A stretch of DNA of 64,000 nucleotides from Octopus vulgaris (lineage: Eukaryota). The position numbers and the translations under genes are program-made. Shown here one piece after another: positions 54,263-64,000 of this stretch. Where the stretch lies: positions 21,142,001-21,206,000 of the forward strand of contig OX597815.1 in assembly GCA_951406725.2 (NCBI GenBank). Direction: 5' to 3'. Numbering within the stretch: position 1 is the first letter of the stretch; each line of letters opens with the position of its first letter. The notes under the pieces are model-generated. The model saw nothing but the letters and a program-made list of their open reading frames with translations, was not told where the DNA came from and did not search any database.

Positions 54263-55046
54263 ATTGATCGATGGCCGTATTCATTACTCTTCACTTACTC
54301 CCCTAATACCCACGAGAATTTCCTGAAAGTCACATAATTAGAACACTTATACTGATGGTAGAAAACAATATTCCATAAATGATAATTCTATATACACTAT
54401 CAGCATACCTTTGCATTCCAAGCAGAAGATGTTCATATTTAAGTGGATCGTGTCCAAATATGTCAATAACAACAGTCTAAACTTTTAAAAGATAATGAAT
54501 ACTTCTGACAATGACTGGGGGAATGAAAGAAGCAACTTAGTAATGAACAGAAAACCAATCCTTTATTAATGAAATTATGAAGATAATTTCCTATTCTTGA
54601 CAAAGTAATAAAAACTGCATTCCTCATTTTGTTTTTAATTATTTTAAGGAAAATTTCTTTGTTGTCTACGCCACTTTTCTTCTTTTTTTTTTAGCTTAAG
54701 TGATCATTAAGCTAATGATTATTTATCATTATATTATGTATATATTAGCCTTGGTTTTACTATTTGACGCTTATGTAGAACACGTTTACGGGTATTCTTC
54801 CTTAGTCTGTATTTAAAATGATAAAATTTCAAAAATATTTTTTCCATGAGTCAACGAGAGAGACTCTTCGTGATTGCTTGATATGCTTAAGTAGCAGCTA
54901 AGTCATCCTCAAATTAGCCGTAACATTATTTTTTTTTTCAAATGACACATTACATATTGCAATCTTTATATAAAATGTCTGACAGAGGATGGTTTTCCAT
55001 GCAACATCTTTTGATTATACTTGCCAATGTATTCACTTCATCGCCT

Positions 55047-55648
55047 ATTTCTTTACTACCCACAAGGGGCTAAACACAGAGAGGACAAACAAGGACAGAC
55101 AAACGGATTAAGTCGATTACGTCGACGCCAGTGCGTAACTGGTACTTATTTAATCGACCCCGAAAGGATGAAAGGCAAAGTCGACCTCGGCGGAATTTGA
55201 ACTCAGAACGTAGCAGCAGACAAAATACCTATTTCTTTACTACCCACGAGGGGCTAAACACAGAGGGGACAAACAAGGACAGACAAACGGATTAAGTCGA
55301 TTATATCGACCCCAGTGCGTAACTGGTACTTAATTTATCGACCTCGAAAGGATGAAAGGCAAAGTTGACCTCGGCGGAATTTGAACCCAGAACGTAACGG
55401 CTGACAAAATACCTATTTGTTTATTACCCACAAGGGGCTAAAGACAGAGGGGACAAATAAGGACAGACATAGGTATTAAATCGATTACATCGACCCCAGT
55501 ACGTAACTGGTACTTAATTTATCGACCCCGAAAGGATGAAAGGCAAAGTCGACCTCGGCGGAATTTGAACTCAGAACGTTAACGACAGACGAAACACTGT
55601 AAAGCATTTCGCCCGGCGTGCTAACGTTTCTGCCAGCTCGCCGCCTTC
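55047..55648 (-). mobile_element. SINE-A1 trimer (one head, three body+tail units) inside a single 17 bp TSD
   Basis: Period is ~184 bp with junctions at 55228/55229 and 55412/55413. TSD is tattcacttcatc(g/a)cct at 55030-55046 and 55649-55665. Confidence 0.93.
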
Positions 55649-57387
55649 TATTCACTTCATCACCTTGGGTCACTCAAATAAGACTCTGGGTCAGATTTAA
55701 CAAAATATACAGTTCTTCCCTACACTCAAAAAATGCGTGTGGCTCTGTACCAATCTTAAAAATCATTGCTATATTCTTGTCAGAAGGTGGCAGAAGACAT
55801 AATAAGCAGAACATGTAGCGAATTACCTTGCAGTATTCAGTTAATTTTACGGTCTAAGATCAAATCTCGCTGCGATCGACATCGGTTTTCTTTTTTTTTT
55901 TTTTTTTTTTTGCAGGGTAATATAAAATAACAACCATTCCAATATTAAGGTCGATTTAACAAACTATTTCTTTCTCAAAAATGTTTGATCTCATGTGTAT
56001 GTTAAAAGCAGGAGTAAATAAAAGTGTAAGAATACAATATTAATTTAAGCCTAAATTTTCGTGTTTGTGTGGCATCTCAGAAATTCTTTGATATTTTTGT
56101 TATTTATTACTATTCGTTGAAATAAATAATATGAGTTCGAACCGAAGATAGAATAATGAAATAGAAATAATATCAGAAAAAGAAAAACGAAAGTCAAAAC
56201 CTAATCACTCCACACTGGTCGTGATTAATATTGTGGTATTATTTTATCAGTCATATCAGAGAAGCGGCCTCCGTCTTTCTTGCCAATTTCCTATTAACAA
56301 TATCTTAATCAGCTCATCATCGTGAGGTTTCAACATTGTGTTGTCTAAATGAATTATCTTTGTTAATTTTGTGGCACATTTTATAATCTCTTCTAATTCA
56401 CGCCGAATTCGTGTCCAGAAATCTGAGCACATTACATCGATATCAGGAATAATCTATAGGTAGCTCATCTCCCTATAATTTTTCTTCTAATAAAAGACCA
56501 CCGATTTTTTTTTTTTCTTTTCTCTTGTGAACAGCAATTTCTTTATTTTATCCTGTATTGATATATATACTCGGTAAAATCAGTGGAAACTCTTTCCCCT
56601 TCACCGTTGTATTTATTGACGAAAGCATTGGAAGAATATCAAAAACTACTTTTCTTTTGTTTTTTATATTTTTTGCTTTGTTTTGGGTTTTTTTTGCTTG
56701 CTGAATTCCGTCTTAATATTTTCGTTCCAACACAAATTTGTCTTGGCAACCATTAATCGGTTTTCTTTGACTTGTCTGTTTTCAGAAGAATGATGAAGAA
56801 CAGCATATATTTATATTGATCCCTCACATAGACTCAAAACCACACATTTTGGGGTGAATAGTAATAGTAGATTAAATAAACACCATCATATATAACTGGT
56901 ACTTATTTTACCTGTTTCTGAAGAGCAATCCAATGAGAAAACTTTTAAATGGTTAACCGACTTTCTGAAAATCTCCTTTGAAATAAAGACACCTTTGATA
57001 ATGTAGTGCGCGATATAGGGTCTGAAAAATAAGATGATTGTAGATGTCTGCTCATTCAGGGTTCAATAACAACAGCGTTGACAACACCTGAAAGAGGTTT
57101 AAAAATTAACTCAACTGGATTTGTGCTGAAGCCTATCACGCCACCCGACTTAATGCCACATCTTGTCTCTGTGTGCTGTTACTGGAGTCTATTCAATGTT
57201 ATGGAAAGGTGACGGCATCACAGTCTCTTTCTTGACTAACATGTTAAAGAAAACTGTATAATGACTTAACTCAATACAGCAATACGTGTACTTAGACATT
57301 CTACTGATTCTGTAAATTCATAGTGTTAATTATAAGGAAAACTACAACAGCTATCTGAAATTAGTTATCGTGTTTAGTAAATATTAG

Positions 57388-57830
57388 CTTCAAATTTTGG
57401 CACAAGGCCAGCAAGTTCGGGAGAGGGGTGCCTTCGATTTCATCAACCAAAGTGCTCAACTTGTACTTATTAAGGAGATGAAAGCAAAGTCGATCTCGAC
57501 GAAATTTGGACTCGGAACGTAAAAGCAGACGAAATGCCGCTAACAATTCTGTCAGTTCACCCGCCTTTTCGTGATTAGTAATATTATAATTCAAAGAGGC
57601 AACTTGGCAGAACCTTTAACACTTTGAGCAAAATTTCACGTGGTATTTCTTCTAGCTCTTCACGTTTCTGAATTCAACTCCCGCTGAAGTAAACCTTGCC
57701 TTTCGTCCTTTAAGAGTTGATACAATGACGTACCGGTTGATAAAATAAAGTACTAGTGTCTACGGTACTGACTAAGCCTCGTCCCTTCAAAATTGCCGGC
57801 TTTGCACCTAAATCACAAACAGTTATTATT
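57388..57830. mobile_element. Two diverged SINE-A2 copies, head-to-head (57388-57568 minus, 57596-57830 plus)
   Basis: Both show remnants of the A head, the gcctttc.tccttt body and the A2 tail. A further decayed copy lies at ~57940-58150. Confidence 0.72.
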
Positions 57831-58666
57831 ATGAAGGCTTGAGGGGCAATGGTTGACTCTTTAAACTGCAAACTTGCTGAAATTTCCTGCAGACTTTTCA
57901 ATTCATTTTACAGCTACATATGTTATTATTGATTGATATTGACACAAAGATACAACTGTTAGTGTAAATGTATTTAGTTGATTGAATTGACCATAATATA
58001 ATTGACTGTTAATTATTTTATCGACACTGAAGTGATGAAAGACATTTTCGTCTCCGGTGAAATTTGAATGAAGAACGAATTCGGAAGAAAATAATTAAAG
58101 TAAGTAAATTTAGTCCGGCTCTTAACCGTTTCTGTCACTCAGCCGACCTTTCTATGGATTAATATGCATAATAAAAGATTATTATTATGATATATTTAAA
58201 ATGAAATCTATATCAAGAACATCAGCCATATTGAATACTTACTCTCAACATTGTACTAAGAACGTATATTTTGGATGATGGGAATTGAAAGTTGAGCTTT
58301 TCATGACTTACTCGGAGGAACTAGTAACGTAAGTGAAGTGAAATTGCTTCATTCGAGAATCGAATCGAAATTATGTTACCAATGATTATGTTTGATAAGG
58401 CGTGAAAATCACAGAAAAATGTAAACAGAGAATCAAGACTTTGAGAGTCAAGATACCAGCCCAGGATTTCGATCTTCAATTGACATCAAGTATACTTCAC
58501 GTCCGTTGCATATGATCTTGGAAAATATATGAACATCTAAATATCTCCACATTTTCCCCCTATTACTACAAATCCCCTAAAATACATAACCATGGCAACA
58601 AAAAGAAAATTAAAAGAAAGCATTTCCAGGAGGAACTTTGTTTGTGTGCATCTGTGTGTGTGTGCA

Positions 58667-58769
<103 letters not shown>

Positions 58770-59647
58770 ATCTGTGTGTGTGTAAATAGAAAGAGGAGGG
58801 ACGGAGAGAAAAAGTCTTGGGTTTTACAATGACTTGATAATACAAATGTTATTACCAGTAAGTAGGGCTTCGAAATTTTCATATTTTAGCTGGAAAATTA
58901 TTGTAATGATATATGTGTGGCATTTTTTCTATGGCATAAGCTAAACAGGAACGTTCACGCCCATGACCTTTTTGTATAACTTCCAAGGCTGATGAGTCAA
59001 AAGGATAAACAAACCAAAGACCTATTCCGAATGTTTGCAACAGCGTAGACTCCGATAAAGACACCAAAGTACCAACCAGCAATGTTGAACTAGACTATGG
59101 AGTAAATCTACAGCCCGAAAAGTAGTTACAGTTCATCTGACAGTCTTCAACAAAGTTTCTGTCACTCCAATTTTATTCACAAAATTTGAGTCGACTCGAG
59201 TTATTGGTAGATACCGTTTTCCCCAAGCTGCCATACAATGGGATCGGACCTGAAGCCGTTAATTCTTTTGAGTTTTTAGTCTTTTCCTCTCGAGGTATCA
59301 TACAAGAGGCTCCCTCGTTAGATCTGGCTCCTTAATGCTGTCGTTTAGTTATCGACGTTTTGACGTAATTCGGGCTGTGTCTGTTTTGTTTCTTGTTGAA
59401 GTCGTCAAGTGTAGGTGTTGACGTATGTATTTTGAGTGTTGGAATGAAATGACAAGAAAGGGTTTTAAACAAAGAATAGAATGTTTATTAAGAAAACATT
59501 GTAAAATACTGGTCGATTATAAATCCTATCCTTAAGAAAATAGCAGTTTGCCTACTCAAAAGAAATCAATATATTTCTTAAAACAACAGTGTACTCTACC
59601 TCCCAATGCAATATCACTTGATCGGGGATACAGCTTAGACTTCACAT

Positions 59648-60062
59648 TGTCGTTGACCAGCTAGAAATAACACAAGTCTCCCTCAAGTCACACTCTATAA
59701 TCTTAAAAAAATAGAACTGACTGGATAATGTAGTCTATGGTAAACAGTGTCTGAAAAAAGATGGGATGGTCACAGCCGGAATAGCTTTTATTATAAACCT
59801 TCTCGATCAGAACTACGGCTAAAATACTTCTCAAAGCAATAACACATAGTAAAGTAAATGGGGTAGCCTCTACGTTTTCACTCGATTTGTTAGAACTAAC
59901 AGCTAAGCTATCCGCAAATCATACGACCTAATTTCTTAAAAAGAAAATATGAAGACCACGCAGAATAACGTATTCGTAGATAAAGTATGTCAAAACGAAG
60001 ACCGCATTGTCCTAGATTATAAATCTGCTTGGTCAGGACTGATCTGGGACTAAATAATAATA
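59648..60062 (+). repeat. Old dispersed repeat family D, two adjacent copies
   Basis: The motif series gctagaaata.cagc.aa.tctccctcaa.tcac...ggataatgtagtc...gtctgaaaaaagatgggatgg recurs at ~24465, 40850, 41610, 54870 and 56950, and reversed at ~60170-60370. Confidence 0.6.
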
Positions 60063-60389
60063 AAAACATGTCACACAATAGAACAAGATTCCTTACATTA
60101 GATTATGAATGACATAATAGAAAAATGCCAATGAAAACATGTTGTGGTTGCTATTGTTGTTTGATGAGGGTTGCAACAACAACCCAGATCAAACTTACAT
60201 AACTATTATCGAAAAGTATTAAAGCCATAACCATCCAGCCATTTTTTCAAGCAATGTGTCTAGGATGAAACTTATCGTATGTTGATTTTCGTTTCTTTTC
60301 GAACGGCAGTGTGACTTGATGATGATTTAGTTAGTACTTCTAGCAAATCGAATGATCTTGTATGGGCTCTCACATTGACTCATGAAGAT

Positions 60390-61230
60390 TATAGTATTTA
60401 GTATTAATTACTATTAATGACTAATAATTAGTAGTAGTGCCTGTATTATATTAGTAACTGTAATAGAACTCATGGCCATATCAGTTATTATTCATGACTA
60501 TAATGGTATCATTGGCTATAATAGTTGAATTAGTGACTATAATAGTACGAGGTGGTATCAAAAAATTCTCGGAATAGTTATCTTTAATCAAAATAACTTA
60601 TTTACCTAAGTTTTAACATAATAGTTATTAGTGGTTGTAATAGTCAGTACTAGTGACTAAAGTATTAATGACTGTAGTTTGTATGAAAGGCTATAAAGGT
60701 TATTAATAGTCACTATAATAGCTATGATGGCGTTAATATTTAGTATCCATAGTAGTAACAGTATTAGTCACAGCAATAGTTATTAGTAGTAGCTATAAAA
60801 ATGAGTATTAGTAGCTATAATAATGCTAGTAGCTTTAACAGTTAGATTTTAGTGGTTATAACAGTACTATCGGCAGTACTAGTATCGATGGCTCTAATAG
60901 GTATATTCATTGGTGGTTATAAAAATCAGTATTAGCGGCTATAATATTTTAGTGGCTTAATAGTTATCATTAGTGGAAGTAATAGTTAATATTAGTGGTA
61001 GTTAGTATTAGTGGCTATAATAGTTAATATTAGTGGCTACGCTGTCGTGTCTATATTAGTATTAGCGGCTACAAATGGCTGCAATGCTTAGTATTTGTGC
61101 CTATAATAACTATTAGTAGTAGCTAAAATAGTTAGTATTAGTGGTGGCAGCGATTAGTATTACTGACTGCATTGGTTAGTATCAGTGGCTCTATTAGTTT
61201 CTGTTAGTAACCTGAATAATTAGTATTAAT
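60390..61230. repeat. Degenerate ~21 bp minisatellite (ttagtattagtggctataatag-like)
   Basis: Dozens of diverged units over ~840 bp. Confidence 0.8.
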
Positions 61231-61409
61231 GCACCTTATATTCAAATATCGTTCAGTTTCGTAAATGTAATTTATGTTTATAACCCATAAATTTCTTATT
61301 AATATTGGGTCAAATATTTCTTCCAATTACGTAAAAGAATAAAAGAAAATAGCCATCTAACGTATTCCTCCTTTATAAACTTGGTTTTCGAAAAGAAATT
61401 AAATATGTA

Positions 61410-61596
61410 GGCGTAGGAGTGGCTGTGTAGTAAATAGCTTGCTTACCAACCACGTGGTCCCGGGTTCAGTCCCACTGCGTGGCACTTTGGGCAAGTGTCT
61501 TCTACTATAGCCTCGGGCCGACCAAAGCCTTGTGAGTGGATTTGGTAGACGGAAAATGAAAGAAGCCGGTCGCATATATGTATATATATATATATA

Positions 61597-61630
<34 letters not shown>

Positions 61631-61834
61631 TGTCTGCGTTTGTCCTCCCAACATCGCTTGACAACCGATGCTGGTGTGCTTACGTCCCCGTAACTTAGCG
61701 GTTCGGCAAAAGAGACCGATAGAATAAGTACTGGGCTTCCAAAGAATAAGTCCCGGGGTCGATTTGCTCGACTAAAGGCGGTGCTCCAGCATGGCCACAG
61801 TCAAATGACTGAAACAAGTAAAATAGTAAAAGAG
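61410..61834 (+). mobile_element. SINE-B, full length
   Basis: Near-identical to 13994-14398 over its whole length. Confidence 0.93.
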
Positions 61835-62870
61835 TATGTTAAAATATTATTCAGCGTTTGTTAGAGTGAAAAGTAATAATTGGGTATTTATGCAACCGGC
61901 CCACGGAAATATATTTTTTATTGCTAAAATAGATTCCAATTGAATTTTCCAACAAATTATGTTGGTTAAATGTAATAAGTTTCCATTCAAAAGGTAAGTA
62001 TTTGTATTGGACAAAGTCAGGGTATGAAAGTATGAAAATGTTGTCTTCCCTAATATAACATAGTTCTGTGTTCTAACTGACAAATTATGAAAAGTAGTGT
62101 TTTTTCTGGCTACCTATCTCTTATGATATGCAGGGTTGGCAAGCAATTCTCTGAAAAAAGGATATAACCTTACAATTTGTACATACATAACAGGAATGAA
62201 GAATTTTTCGTTACAAAAATAAGTTCTATTTCCTCCCTACCATTTACCACTATTGATTTTATTTTCTTTCATTAAATAATTATCCATTTGATTCCTCTGA
62301 AGCAAACATTAGTGAAATTCGTATCAGTCCCCTGAGTAATTTTTTTTTTAAATTACCGATAAATTTAACCTCCTTATGTTCAGTTCTAATATCTAATGAT
62401 ATAAAGATGAAAATTCGCCCAAACAGATAAACGCATGCTAATTCTTTTCAAGTTTCTCGTATCTAAGTAGTGTGATACGAAATACTTGAAAAGATTAGAT
62501 TTTTTTAATAATACTATACAATTTCACTAATACAATAAAAATTATACATTCGTTCATAAATGTGCTAAAAGAACAAACCCCAATCTAAAATTATTGAATT
62601 TGCAGAACATAAATTCATTTATGAACCAATTCAAACCTTTCCTGGAGTTGCTAGCTTCTATATCAAATATAACCAAGATTTATAAATAAAGGAAACAGGC
62701 TAAAAGGAACCTTTGATATATTTACGAAAATAAATACTGCAAACAAGGAAATATTTTCTACTTGGCAGATTCAAGAAGTTTGTGCAAAATTTGATTTGTA
62801 TTTCCAAAGCAAAATGAAATTGGCTTTCAGCTCTTTTTCTTAGTTAATTTCAATATTATTACTCTAAAAA

Positions 62871-63267
62871 AGGCGGCGAGCTGGCAGGAATGTTAGCACG
62901 CTGGGCGAAATGCGTAACCGTATTTCGTCTGCCGTTACGTTCTGAGTTCAAATTCCGCCGAGGTCGACTTTGCCTTTCATCATTTTGGGGTCGATAGATT
63001 AAGTACCAGTTATGCACTGGGGTCGATATAATCGACTTAATCCGTTTGTCTGTCCTTGTTTGTCCTGTCTGTGTTTAACGCATTGTGGGTAGTAAAGAAA
63101 TAGATATTTCGTCCGTCTTTACGTTCTAAGTTCAAATTCTGCTGAGGTCGACTTTACCTTTCATCCTTTCGGAGTCGATAAAATAAGTATCAGTTAAGCA
63201 CTGGGGCTGATGTAATCGACTTACCCATTACCCACGAAACTGCTGGTCCTGTACCAAAATTTGGAAT
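62871..63267 (+). mobile_element. SINE-A dimer: head + A1 body/tail + A2 body/tail inside one aged TSD
   Basis: Junction aaagaaatag|atatttcgtc at 63103/63104. TSD is caatat(t/c)attac(t/a)ctaa at 62851-62867 and 63268-63284. Confidence 0.9.
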
Positions 63268-63567
63268 CAATATCATTACACTAAGCAAGAATCATTCAGC
63301 ATCATTTCATAATGCGGCAAAACTTCCTTTCTCCACATGGGCTACAACCAACCGAACAATAATCTAAATCTTTTACAGATAATATCGTCAACTCGCTTAG
63401 ATACGTATATATTACATATCTTTGCTGTTAATGTGTGTAACTACTTTATGTAAGTTTTCATAACTGAAAACTTTTATTTAAACTACAATAACAAGAGTAA
63501 ATCTATAAAAGAAACTTAGAAAAAATTATGGACAATAGGTTTAATTTAATTTCAACAGCCATTCTAA

Positions 63568-63760
63568 GGAGGCGCATAGCCTAGTTGTTAGGAGTGTTGG
63601 ACTCATGATTGTAAGATTGTGGTTTCGGTTCCTAGACTGGGCGACCTGTGTTGCTAGAGCAAAACACTTCATTTCACGTTTCTACAGTCCACTAAGCTGG
63701 CAGAAGTGAGTAACGCTGCGACGAGCCGGTGTCCCATTCAGGCGGGAAACCAGCCCTATG
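63568..63760 (+). mobile_element. Degenerate tRNA-headed SINE-C
   Basis: A-box-like tagcctagttgtt and B-box-like gtttcggttcc are followed by gagcaaaacacttcatttcac and ctgcgacgagccggtgtcccattcagg. Confidence 0.6.
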
Positions 63761-64000
63761 TATCAGCATGACTCGGAAAGGATCTTTTCCCTACCTTATT
63801 TTTTTTCTTACAACAGTAAATATTTGACCTGACGAATAGCAGTCGAGATACAGTATGATATTACTCCCAAAACGTTACAGTCAGACGACATATTCTGATG
63901 TAAACAGAAATAAAACTTGTAAGAAACCAAAAGGTTGATAACTTTTGAAATTTTCAAGCTCTAACGTTATTAAAAATAATTTTAATTTTTATAAAATCAG

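Noticed and set aside
55047-55648. CRISPR-like or retrozyme-like reading of the ~184 bp tandem units
   Set aside because: There are no unique spacers and no cas genes, the DNA is eukaryotic, and I found no hammerhead core in the unit. The units are SINE bodies.

Overview
This is AT-rich, microsatellite-dense animal genomic DNA. The repeat content points to a coleoid cephalopod, probably Octopus (inference). The only host gene is the 3' part of a LIM-homeobox gene of the Lhx3/Lhx4 (Lim3) class on the + strand. It has three exons whose splice phases join in frame: the LIM2 exon 3353-3555, the homeodomain exon 22633-22956 and the terminal exon 28337-28728. The LIM1 and start exons must lie upstream of the window. 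Everything else is intronic or intergenic and filled with transposon debris: at least three tRNA-headed SINE families, fragments of Dong/R4, Tx1/L1, RTE, CR1-group and Penelope-like retroelements, a decayed Tc1 transposase and several fold-back elements. Nearly all ORFs in the supplied track are microsatellite artefacts. The most interesting signals concern retroelement biology. (i) A SINE appears to insert repeatedly at one fixed position inside its own head. (ii) That SINE's 3' tail matches Tx1-like LINE 3' ends. (iii) A second SINE shares a covarying 3' stem-loop with a CR1-group LINE end. (iv) A ~1 kb palindromic element has Helitron-like ends on both sides. Family labels SINE-A1/A2, B, C and repeat D are my own working names. 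I could not check novelty against repeat databases.
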